Origin: Octopus bimaculoides
Lineage: Eukaryota
Length of the DNA: 55,572 nt
Assembly (NCBI RefSeq): GCF_001194135.2
Contig: NC_069001.1
Location: 6,356,232-6,411,803 of the forward strand
Reading direction: 5' to 3'
The position numbers and the translations under genes were made by a program. Positions 24,810 through 36,265 of this stretch are shown in pieces. Numbering within the stretch: position 1 is the stretch's first letter; each line of letters starts with the position of its first letter. The notes under the pieces are model-generated. The model did no database searches. It saw nothing but the letters and a program-made list of their open reading frames with translations, and was not told where the DNA came from.

Positions 24810-25527
24810 CCTCCTCCTCCTCTTCTTCTTCTTCTTCTTCTTCTTCTTCTTCTTCTTCTTCTTCTTCTTTTTCTTCTTATTATTCTTCTTCTTTTTCTTC
24901 TTCTTCTTCTTCTTCTTCTCCTTCTTCTCCTTCTCCTTCTCCTTCTTTTTCTTTTTCTTCTTCTTCTGCTTCCAATTCTTCTTCTTCTTCTTCTTCTTCT
25001 TCTTCTTCTTCTTCTTCTTCTTCTTCCAATTCTTCTTCTTCCAATTCTTCTTCTCCTCCTTCTTCTTCTTCTTCTTCTTCTTCTTCTTCTTCTTCTTCTT
25101 CTTCTTCTTCTTCTTCTTTTTCTTCTTCTTCTTCTTCTTCTCCTTCTTTTTCTTTTTCTTCTTCTTCTTCCTCTGCTTCCAATTATTCTTCTTCTTCTTC
25201 TTCTCCTTCTTCTTCTCCTTCTTCTCCTTCTTCTTCTCCTTCTTCTCCTCCTCCTCCTGCTTCTTCTTCTTCTTCTTCTCCTTCTTCTTCTCCTCCTTCT
25301 TCTTCTTCTTCTTCTTCTTCTTCTTCTTCTTCTCCTTCTTCTCCTTCTCCTTCTCCTTCTTCTTCTTCTTCTTCTTCTTCTTCTTCTTCTTCTTCTTCTT
25401 CTTCTCCTCCTCCTCCTTCTTCTTCTTCTTCTTCTTCTTCTTCTCCTTCTCCTTCTTCTTCTTCTTCTTCTTCTTCTTCTTCTTCTTCTTCTTCTTCTTC
25501 TTCTTCTTCTTCTTCTTCTTCTTCTTC
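24810..25527. repeat. ~700-bp (TTC/TCC)n homopyrimidine microsatellite
   Basis: Direct inspection; source of the poly-S/F/E ORFs. Confidence 0.98.
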
Positions 25528-25822
25528 CACCTTTGTTTACTTTTTCTTTGTCGTCGATGCCTTTATTATAATGGTTAACACCATTATAATTACAATTATT
25601 ATTATCATCAGTGTCGCTATCATCATCATCATCATCATCATCATTATTATTATTATTATTATTAAGTCTGCGGAATTATCATTATTATTATTATTATCGT
25701 TACTGCTGTTGTCATTGTTGTTGTTGTTGTTATCCTATATTTATTATTATGTACGCTTGTCGTTAGTTTTTGTGGTCGGTAATTTTGAAGTTGTATTCAA
25801 ATAGATATTTATTGTTCAAATA

Positions 25823-25854
<32 letters not shown>

Positions 25855-26452
25855 CAACAACAGCAACAATAACAAAAAATTATAACGTAAACGCAAAAGA
25901 CAAAAAAAAACAAAAAAAAACAGCCCCCGCTTCACCCCATCTCACCCCCATCCTATTTTGTTCTTTACTTTTTTACAGCAATGTTGTAAAAGAGAATTTA
26001 CAAAAAAAAAAAAGAAAGTAAAATGAAAGACAAAAAAAACCGACCCAAAAGCCGCATGAAAACAACAATAGGAATGAAGACGATGACGATGACGACGACG
26101 ACGACGACGTCACAACAATAACAAAAGCAACAACACAGACTACAACAGTGCCAATCACAACAACATTAAGAAAGACAAGTTATTTACACATAACTACATA
26201 AAAGCAACAAACCAACAGTAAATAGAAAATATAGGTTATAGGTTATACTTAGAGATATATGATCGACTGCGTGTGTAGGTACGTGTGTGGATAATTACGT
26301 ACACACACACACACCTATATATATATAGGTGTATGTGTGTATGTGTGTATGTATATCTATGTGTTCATAAGTGATTGTTTCTTCATGTGTCTACATACAT
26401 ACAGGCATACTGACGCAAAAGCAAATACACCCCCACACACACACACATACGC

Positions 26453-26633
<181 letters not shown>

Positions 26634-27058
26634 TGTGTGTGTATGTATGTATGCACGTTTGTACAATATATTTTTCTGAATACATATCTGTTTTACACAT
26701 TTATAGAACTAATATGCTTATAATGACACCATTTCCCAGTGTTTTGCTCTTTGTCCTTCTCAGATGATATGTACATTAAGTTGTATTTTGAGTTGCATCT
26801 TGAATAATATATATCTTGATGTGAATGTGTGTGCGCGTGCGTGTGTTTGTGTGAGAGTATAAGCATATGTGTGTGTTGTGTATACATACATACACACGTG
26901 TTTTCCGCTTTCCTGTATTTCTTTTAAGTTAAGCTAAATATATGTCTGGAAGACATAGTAACGAACATGTTTATAAATATGAATGTAAATATAAATGTGT
27001 GTGTGCATGTGTGTGCGTGTGTATGTATGTTTGTATGTATTGTATGCATGTATGTATG

Positions 27059-27113
<55 letters not shown>

Positions 27114-27380
27114 ATATATATATATATATATCTGTCTGTCATGTATGTATAGAGTGGAAAATGCAAAGTGCTCATTACACGCCTTTGTTTGAAGTATGTG
27201 ATCATGTAATTAATTCCTTATACTTCAAGGCTTCATGAGGATGACTCTAGTCGACGGTCAGGTAGGTGTTTAAGTTTGCAGTGTTACCAAGAAGTATGAT
27301 CAACAAACGTCAATTGCATAAAATCTTTGAATGTGAAGAAATATTGCGGTTTACAAAAACTGTCATACGTTCAGACATAA

Positions 27381-27535
27381 TGGTTTCAAATTTTGGCGCA
27401 AGGCCAGTAATTTCGGAGCTGTGGGTAAGTCCCTTACCTCGATACCAGGAATCAACTGTTGCTTATTCCATCGACCTCGAAAGGATGAAAAGCAAAGTCG
27501 ACTTCGGCAGAATTTAAACTCAGAACGTAAAGACG
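27381..27535 (-). mobile_element. SINE family A, 5'-truncated at the mariner junction
   Basis: Reverse complement of the 3' part of the family (…aaagtcgacttcggcagaatttaaactcagaacgtaaagacg). Confidence 0.85.
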
Positions 27536-27551
27536 TTCAATTCGTGCGGCA

Positions 27552-27960
27552 ATTCGTTGGTTGTCGTCCAATTCGTGCGGCACCCATTTCTCAAGTATTT
27601 TTGTTTTTTCAATCTCTTTCAAGCGGTTGGAAATTATCGTATACCTTACGTCTAATTCAGAAGCAAGATGTCGAGCAGTTGTGCGTGGATTGGCTTCCAC
27701 TAAGGCTCTTAGTTGATTGTTGTCAACATCCGATGGCCGATCACTACGCTTATCATCTTCAAGACCTTCGTCACCGCTACGAAATCTCTTGAACCACCAT
27801 TGTGCTGTACGTTCATTAATGGCTCCTGAGCCAAACACATCGTTGATATCGTGAGCAGTTTCAGCAGCTTTTCGGCCTAGCTTGAACTGGAATAAGAAAA
27901 TTGTGTGAATTTGCTTTTTGTCCATCTTCAGAGAGAAAAGGTGACAGGTGCAAACATAGG
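27552..27960 (-). mobile_element. Mariner transposase N-terminal half (HTH domain to WVPHEL), 3'-truncated
   Basis: ATG at 27925: MDKKQIHTIFLFQFKLGRKAAETAHDINDVFG…AQWWFKRFRSGDEGLEDDKRSDRPS…LEKWVPHEL; WVPHEL is the mariner signature motif. The frame is open for ~125 codons but the DDD domain is missing. Confidence 0.93.
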
Positions 27961-28008
27961 AAGAAAGCATGAGTGTGCACACACACAAGCAAATAGTCAC
28001 ACAAACCC

Positions 28009-28047
<39 letters not shown>

Positions 28048-28633
28048 GGAGAGAGAGGAGGAAGAGAGAGTGAGGAATAGAGGTACTGTGAAGTACACTA
28101 ACGTGCGCATATGTGGGTTTGTGTGTATCTCGTGTGTTTAACGTAGCTAATGTAAGATTAACAATTATAATTAATTAAAATTATGTGGATATGGAATGTA
28201 TTGTGAAGTGAATCTTATCCCGTGGTCACACAATGATAACTGCGACTTCATTGAACTTCCTTCTTGCAACAATTTCATGATTAGGGAAGGATATAGGATT
28301 TCTTCTAAACACAGAGTGGCTTTTAGAAACTGTGTGCGCTAACCCACTTGATGTGGCAAAGGAAGGCACTTTGACAGAGATAATCATAGCACAATCGAGC
28401 GAAAGGTCACAGTTAAAGTCAGCCTAGAGACCAAGTGTGAACATCTTTTGCCGTATTGTTTTCGGAGTAACAAAGATGCTGTTGTGATATCATATATCAT
28501 GTAACACGTCACAGTTTTGTATTTAGCTTTATTAATTATGAAAGTATTGTCTAATCGTTGAGTCCAAAATCGTGGCTACTAACGTGAAAATATGCATATG
28601 TCACGGAACTTATAACATGCAACAGATAAAAAA

Positions 28634-28679
<46 letters not shown>

Positions 28680-28745
28680 TAATTCAGAGACGTTTTTTTT
28701 CTCCCTCCAATTTTTACCTCTTTCCATTTTTCTCTCCTCGTTCTT

Positions 28746-28783
28746 TCTTTCTGTAGACGAGCGTAGGCTCGAAACGTCAAAGA
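28746..28783 (+). ncRNA. Minimal type-I hammerhead ribozyme motif (core A6 mutated) in a PLE-derived repeat (~28700-28830)
   Basis: tcttt | ctgtaga | c | gagc-gtag-gctc | gaaa | cgtc | aaaga: 5-bp stem I, 4-bp stem II, palindromic ACGT stem III, GTC cleavage triplet; core reads CUGUAGA instead of CUGANGA. Confidence 0.7.
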
Positions 28784-29132
28784 CTCACATTTTTCCTGAA
28801 CGTCAAACTATTACACCTTGTTTGTTGTTCCCTGAAGATTGAGGTGTATGAAGAATATGAGCTTCAAGCAATCCGTAGGAAATATATATAAAAAAAAACT
28901 TGCATATATATATATATATATACACACACATATATGTATATGTATGTATATATGTGNNNNNNNNNNNNNNNNNNNNNNNNNNNNNNNNNNNNNNNNNNNN
29001 NNNNNNNNNNNNNNNNNNNNNNNNNNNNNNNNNNNNNNNNNNNNNNNNNNNNNNNNNNNNNNNNNNNNNNNNNNNNNNNNNNNNNNNNNNNNNNNNNNNN
29101 NNNNNNNNNNNNNNNNNNNNNNNNNNNNNNNN

Positions 29133-29182
<50 letters not shown>

Positions 29183-30185
29183 AAGTATATACACATGTAT
29201 ATATATAAGCATATACACATATATGCATATGTATTCACACGCGCACACTTATAAATGTATTTATGTTTACACACATGCATACACATACACACACACACAT
29301 ACATGCTTGCGTACGCATTTGATTCCCAATTTGAGTAATTAATCTGATGCATTGCATCTGATTTTCCTTCGTATCCTTAATTAATATCGTAATACTCCCT
29401 TGATCAGTAAACATTTCCTTTTATTTCATCAGATTTAATCCCTGTCTCTTAAACAAACTGAAAGGTAGACGCTCCTTTATGTGGTTTGTTTTGTATGCTA
29501 GAAATAGCAGTGATGAAATGGGTATGTTCTAAGGTCTATAAGCTTACAAAACAACCAAACCAACAAAGTCACCTCTGATTTTCTTGAAATCTTTCAAATT
29601 ATGTCGGCGTAGCGATTTCAGAATCCCACCCCGCCCTCATTCAGCTTCCCGGTAACTTGAAATCTAATTCATATTACACCCTCAAATCCTTCCCTAAATG
29701 CTCGTCACATTTGTGGCAAATAAAGTGTCTTCTCTTTGTGTGCGTTAGGTACACTCGTGTAAATCACTAAGAAAGTGTTTTGAGCGTCCACTTAGTAGAT
29801 TAAAGTTGAAAATACCGCATTTAAAGTGTATAAATATATCTTTTGCATAATAATTGTCTATGAAAACACTTGTTTTTTGAACATAGATATATTTCGTTTA
29901 CACTAAAGCGTATATGGAATTATATATTTTGTTTTGTATAAAATATATTTCGGTTGCTTGTTTGTTATTAGAAAATGTTATTTAAAAAAAAGTCGCCGAC
30001 TCAGAATCTCAGATGTTCAATGTTTTTTCCTTTTTTTCTTTTTTCTTTTCTTTTTCTTTTTTCTCCCCCCGCCCTTTTGAAACTTCATAGAATTGATAAA
30101 ATTGTCAGGGGGTGTACTGGGAAAAAAATCATATTGAAAAACTTACTATCGGTTCAAAATTATTTCTTTTCCGTCAACCTTCAGT

Positions 30186-30251
<66 letters not shown>

Positions 30252-30254
<3 letters not shown>

Positions 30255-30643
30255 GGAGTGTCTGTGTGGTAAGTAGCTTGCTTACCAACCACATGGTTCC
30301 GGGTTCAGTCCCACTGCGTGCAACTTGGGCAAGTGTCTTCTACTATAACCTCGGGTCGGCCAAAGCCTTGTGAGTGGATTTGGTAGAAGGAAACTGAAAG
30401 AATCCCGTCGTATATATGTATATATATATATGTGTGTGTGTGTTTGTGCCCCACCCCAATATCGTTTGACATCCGATGGTGGTGTGTTTACGTCCCTGTA
30501 ACTTAGCGGTTCGGAAAAAAGAGACCGATAGAATAAGTACTAGGCTTACAAAGAATAATTCCTGGTGTCGATTTGCTCGACTAAAAGGTCGTGCTCCAGC
30601 ATTGCCGCAGTCAAATGACTGAAACAAGTAAAAGAATAAAAGA

Positions 30644-30645
<2 letters not shown>
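30252..30645 (+). mobile_element. SINE family B, full length, with internal (TA)n(TG)n
   Basis: tRNA-like head gcaggagtgtctgtgtggtaag…gggttcagtcccactgc, CORE-like ttgggcaagtgtctt, internal microsatellite at 30410-30443, tail gactgaaacaagtaaaagaataaaagaat. Confidence 0.9.
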
Positions 30646-30704
<59 letters not shown>

Positions 30705-30730
30705 TGTATGCGTGTGTGTGTATTCTCAAA

Positions 30731-31018
30731 TATTGGTTTCAAATTTTGGTACAATACCGGCAAGTTCTGGAGGAGGGGGGGGGGGGCTAAGTCGATTACA
30801 TCGACCCCAGGGATCCACTGGCATTTATTTTATAGATCCTGAAAGGTTGAAAGGCAAATTCGACTTCCACACAGTTTCCTTCTACGAAATTCGTTGAAAA
30901 GGTGTTGGTTGACCTGGAATTATAGTAGAGGACATCTGCCCATGGTGCAACGCAGTGGAACTGAACATGAAACCACATGGTTGCAATACGAGCTTTTTAA
31001 CAACACAACAACCATGCC
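30731..31018 (-). mobile_element. Fused SINE pieces: family B head (31018-30870) joined to family A 3' half (30866-30731)
   Basis: Each half matches its family; junction at …aaattcgacttc|cacagtttcc…. Confidence 0.75.
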
Positions 31019-31326
31019 TATATATATATATATATATATACATATCGTATATATATTCAATATTTATAATATATATATTTGTGCGTACGTACATATTTAG
31101 ATATATATTTACGCGCATACACATATATTGACATACGTATATGTATGTATGTACGTACGTACATACATACATGTCAGCTTTAATATCTTTATATCCTGAA
31201 TAAACAGAAAGAGTAATTGTTTTTCTCTTTTGAGAAATGAATTTTTTATGTTATATAGAAAAATATTTTAAATCGTTTATTTTCCAAAAGGTAAAGTTAA
31301 AGTAGAATACGAGGTAAAGGAAATTT

Positions 31327-31417
<91 letters not shown>

Positions 31418-31639
31418 AAGAAGGAGAAGAAGAAGAAGAAGAAGAAGAAGAAGAAGAACAACAACAACAACAACAACAACAACAGCAACAATAACAATCG
31501 GATAAATATGTGTGCATGTGTGTGTGTGTTTTCACAGACACATACACGTACACACACACATACATACACACAAACATGTATATGCATATGTGTGTGTATG
31601 AGCTCGCACGCTCATATGCACACATACATATATATACAC

Positions 31640-31678
<39 letters not shown>

Positions 31679-31747
31679 TATAGATATGTCCACAGTAAGT
31701 TTTTACTTATACATACATACATATATATAAGCATATATATGAGCATA

Positions 31748-31795
<48 letters not shown>

Positions 31796-31963
31796 TATAT
31801 GCATTTAAGTACGTATATAGAATATAGAATATAACTATTCATACCTACTCATCTCACCATTTCAACGGAAACGTAACATACAAATTTGTCTATTTACACT
31901 TAACGTATCTTCATAGAAACCTGGGAGGCTTACGAACTCCTACACATTCCGCGCGTGCACGCA

Positions 31964-32005
<42 letters not shown>

Positions 32006-32442
32006 GACAAACATTCGCATATATGACCTTTCAGTATTTCCAGTTACGTATTCATAAAAGAAAGGTGCTCGTTCAACCACCGGTTATAGCAGAATACTTT
32101 TAGCAGATTTGCTCTAACAGATATTGTTCTGGTTGTTTCATTACTTTCTTATTATTGTTTCGTCCAGTTCGATACTGTTACATTTATTCCTCTCTTTATA
32201 ACCTCCACCACCATCGCCACTGCCATGGTGGTCACTCCCTGTCTTCAACCCCGTAGTCGCGATCAATCTACCCGATTCATTGAGATGCTTCTCATGATAT
32301 CCTTTGCAGCAGATTTGCGGGTGCTCCCTTCAACTGCCTCCACATTCCAGTTCGAGTACTGCGAATATATTCGTTTCTCTTCCAGTGTCGAAATTTTTAT
32401 GTATTAGTACGTCGTTGTCGACTGTCACTCCACAGACATGAT

Positions 32443-32606
32443 AACCGATGTTGGTGTGTTTATATCCTTCGGCAAAAGAGTCCGATAGAATAAATACCAG
32501 GCTCTAAAAATAAGTAGTCGGGTCAACTCGTTCGACTGAAATTCTTTAAGGCGGTGCCCCAGCATGGCTACAGTCTAATGACTGAAACAAGTAAAAGATG
32601 AAAGAA
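32443..32606 (+). mobile_element. SINE family B, 3' half
   Basis: aaccgatgttggtgtgttt…ccgatagaataa…ggcggtgccccagcatggctacagtctaatgactgaaacaagtaaaagat. Confidence 0.85.
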
Positions 32607-33825
32607 AAAAGATAGAGCATGTATGTGTGTGTGTGTGTTTGGTATTCTTGCCTTATTGTGTAGGATTAGTAGCAGTGGAATCATGAGAGATTGTGTTACG
32701 GCTTTTTGTGCCTCACGACACAAAAAGAACATGACATGAGAACGGAATCATTAAAAGAAGAAACTGAAATTATTTACCAGATAAAATTGTTACCGTATCA
32801 TTGACAAAGAAACGAGCAGGTGTACGTAACATTTTTCTTTTAATCCGATTAAACCTGTATTTTGTTTCCGTTAAGTTGGTGGCAGCTTCACTTTCTTTTT
32901 GTTAACATCGGCAATATAGTCGTAATATTTTGTCTAATTATAGGGATGGGATGAATTTGTGCTTAATTTTCTGGGATAATTATTTGGAAAAACTTATTTC
33001 TACAGGATATACAGTTAATTAAAAAGATTATGCTGTTCATGATATCGACAATGACGTGATGATAAGGTTGATTTTTTAATACAACTAATTATAATGTTTG
33101 TCGTTATCTAAATAACGCTGTTATCGGGGAACAGAAAGGAAGAAGGGCTGGCTTGTATGCCTTCGTGAATATTTGTTTTATTTGAACGTTCGTTCTCCTT
33201 TTTGTCATGTGTGGAGTCTCTTTTATGATATTCTAATCTGTGTAGAATTTAGATTCATCCTGTATGGAAGATAAAACAAGAAGTTGTATGTAGTTGTGAA
33301 TGGGTGACAGTATGTGAAAGATCTGTATTAAAACCGTATTTATAGTAAACATACTGATATGAAAAGTATTTGAATAGAATAGTTAGAAAATTAAAAATAA
33401 ATAAAATGAATTAATTCGTAATTAAACTAATGAAGGTAATTCAGTGATGTCATAATGAGATGAAAAGAGAATAAGAACAAACTAAATGTAAAGAAACTAA
33501 TGATTGAAAAATAAAGGGTAAATGGTTAAGACAGCTTTTGTAGGAGATAATCTGGTGGATTATTCAGATTTTATGCAGTAACTTCAGGTCTCATTTCTTT
33601 ACGTAATGACAAATAATAAGTGAATGTATACAAGATGTACTTTAAAAATCATTCCGATAGTTATCAAAGACTGAACTATATATACATGTATGAAATTCCA
33701 CCAACCTGAAGAAATCAGCCAAAGGACAATGATATGTAAAAGTACAAAATCACTATGGTGCTCCAATATGACCGCAGCCGCATGGCTGAAACAAATATAA
33801 GAATAAAAGAATAAAAGAATGTGTG

Positions 33826-34100
33826 AGAATTGAGATCGCCAACATGTGGAAGCTACGTGAGTCAAACATAAAGGTTGTCCCTGTTGTCATCGGAGCATTG
33901 GGTTCAATACCACCCAACCTGAAGAAACATCTGGAAACTTTAGAAATACCCTACAATGAATAGAAATACCCTTCATATGGTAGAAATATCCTTCATATGG
34001 TAGAAATACCCTTCATATGGTTATGATGCATGTGCCTGGTATATTGGGCTTCGTATATTTTTTATTCCGGCGTTACTTTGATGGCGTGTGCTGCTCTCGG
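33826..34100 (+). mobile_element. 3' end of an RLE-type LINE (R4/Dong-like), with internal tandem repeat and trinucleotide tail
   Basis: RIEIANMWKLRESNIKVVPVVIGALGSIPPNLKKHLETLEIPY, then GILGFVYFLFRRYF; followed directly by (GAT)n(AAT)n(GAT)n at 34101-34157. A SINE-B tail lies immediately upstream (33758-33820). Confidence 0.8.
33941..34020 (+). repeat. 20-bp tandem repeat, 4 units
   Basis: tagaaataccctacaatgaa / tagaaatacccttcatatgg / tagaaatatccttcatatgg / tagaaatacccttcatatgg. Confidence 0.95.
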
Positions 34101-34139
34101 ATGATGATGATGATGATGATAATAATAATAATAATAATA

Positions 34140-34177
<38 letters not shown>

Positions 34178-34885
34178 AGGAAAGATTAATTGGCATTTAA
34201 AAATATAGAGACAGAAAATATATCGTTATTTTGCCAATGCACAGAAAATGGTGCGAAGGAAACAACTCGATCAATATAGAGATACAAGTTGAATATTAAA
34301 CAATGATTTTTTTAAAACGCAATATTTTCTATATCAAATAAACAGATTAATGACCAAGTGATTAATATAGCATTATTCAACAAGGATTTGGTGAACTGCC
34401 TACGAGAACAAGCGAATTCATTCTTGTTCAAACCATTCAATTCCTGCAATAAAATGGATGTGTTGAGAATACTTTGTTTCAAAGATATTTTGAATTTGGA
34501 CGATATAGGATTTTGTGTTAGTATTGTCATCAAGAAAGACACACAATATACTAGTGGTTTTAAAGAGGCATTTAATATCAAGTAGACACACTGTGGCGTG
34601 TTACAGGTACAAGTAGAAGGATAGAAACTGCAAAGTTAATAGGGCAGCAATCTCCAGATTTAACTGCTTTCATTAATGCAATTGCGACATTTGTGGCCTA
34701 AGGGGGAATACAAAGACATTAAATTTTAAATGTTTCTAGTGATATGCAAAGAGACATTTAAACTAAGGTATGTGTTAATAGTAGCTCATTTTCTTATTTT
34801 TACATTCTTAAACAGTGATATAATGAATTTTGCGTAAGGAATTTCTGTAAAGACCATTTTCTTAATGCAGCCTCATAATAATGAA

Positions 34886-35045
34886 CATGGCTGTGTAGTA
34901 AGAAATGTGCTTCTCATCCACAAGGTTTCGGGTTCAGTCCCAGTGTATGGCATCTAAGGCAAGCTGTCTTCTTCTATAACCTCCGTGCAACCAATTCTTT
35001 GCTTTGTGAGTGAATTTGGTAGACGGAAACTGAAAGAAACCCATC

Positions 35046-35076
<31 letters not shown>

Positions 35077-35416
35077 CGTGTGTATAGTGAAAGCGTGTGG
35101 CTTAGTGTTTGGAGATATTCGGCTAACGATTGCAAGGTTGTGTGTCGATTCCAGATGATGCGTTGTATCTTTCCCGTTGCTCCAATCCACTCAGCTGGCT
35201 AAAAGGAATTGTACCTGTAATTCACAGGCCCGACTTTGCCGACGTTCTGTGTTACGTTAAATCTCCCTGAGGACAACGTAAAGGGTACGCATGTGTGTGG
35301 AGCGCTCAGTGACTTGCAGCTTGTACGTTAATTTCCTGACCAGGCTGTTTCGTTAATCGGATCAAATGGAACACTCATTATCATCACCGACAGAGTTTAT
35401 GCATACATGCATACAT

Positions 35417-35453
<37 letters not shown>

Positions 35454-35570
35454 AATAACCAGTCTTAAAAATTAATAAGTACCGGGAATGATTTGTTCGA
35501 TGAAAACCCGTCAAGGCAGTGCCCCAGCATGGCCGCACTCCAATGTCTGAAGCAAGTCAAAGATAAAAGA
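34886..35570 (+). mobile_element. SINE family B split by a nested family C copy (35125-35398)
   Basis: B head at 34886-35046, (TG)n, C copy, (CA)n(TA)n, then B tail at 35460-35570 (aggcagtgccccagcatggccgcactccaatgtctgaagcaagt). Confidence 0.7.
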
Positions 35571-35631
35571 CTATACTATTGAGGGAAGCCTCTTCAGAAG
35601 ATATAGTCAACATACTTTCGTTTCTTTTTTT

Positions 35632-35730
35632 ATATTGGTATCATATTTTGGCACAAGGCCAGCAATTTGCGGGAGGCGTTAAGTAAATTACATCGACTCA
35701 GTGCTCGACTGGTACTTATTTTATCGACCC
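35632..35730 (-). mobile_element. SINE family A, 3' fragment
   Basis: tattggtatcatattttggcacaaggccagcaattt…ctggtacttattttatcgaccc. Confidence 0.8.
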
Positions 35731-35746
35731 CACATACATACATACA

Positions 35747-35792
<46 letters not shown>

Positions 35793-35934
35793 NNNNNNNN
35801 NNNNNNNNNNNNNNNNNNNNNNNNNNNNNNNNNNNNNNNNNNNNNNNNNNNNNNNNNNNNNNNNNNNNNNNNNNNNNNNNNNNNNNNNNNNNNNNNNNNN
35901 NNNNNNNNNNNNNNNNNNNNATAGTTAAAAAAAC

Positions 35935-36115
35935 AATAACAAAAAAACAAAACAACAACAAAGTGAGGACGTGATATGGATAGTATTATTGGACGCTCAG
36001 GAAAGGAAAGAGAGAGTGTATGACGTTTCGGGCGTAGCCCTTCGTCGGAAAGATGGAAAGTTCGGAGAATGGAAGAACGGAGAAAGAGGAAAATGGTACC
36101 GATGCCCACGAGATA
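35935..36115 (-). mobile_element. PLE-derived terminal-repeat fragment containing a hammerhead-like motif
   Basis: Minus strand ccgacga-a-gggc-tac-gccc-gaaacgtc followed by ttcctgagcgtc.aata…tttgttgtt; the same downstream signature follows the motif at 28746. Confidence 0.65.
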
Positions 36116-36124
36116 TATATATGA

Positions 36125-36265
36125 CAGGATTGTTTCAGTTTCCGTCTACCAAATTCACTGACAAGACTTTTCGTCCGCCCGGGGCTGTAGTAGAAAGCAT
36201 TTGTCCAAGATGCCACGCAGTGAGACTGAACCCGGTACCATGTTGTTGGGAAGCAAACTTCTTAT
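36125..36265 (-). mobile_element. SINE family B head
   Basis: ttcagtttccgtctaccaaattcact…gatgccacgcagtgagactgaacccgg. Confidence 0.8.

Noticed and set aside
24689-25804. 371-aa Ser-rich ORF and the antisense Glu-rich ORFs
   Set aside because: A pure (TTC/TCC)n tract is open in several frames by construction.
28210-28500. ~65-codon open minus frame after a possible acceptor
   Set aside because: No recognisable product and no donor site.
32225-32440. GC-richer island with ~45-60-codon frames on both strands
   Set aside because: Too short, no motif and no convincing splice sites.
33941-34020. CRISPR-like array (also considered for 769-935)
   Set aside because: Head-to-tail units without unique spacers, in eukaryotic context.
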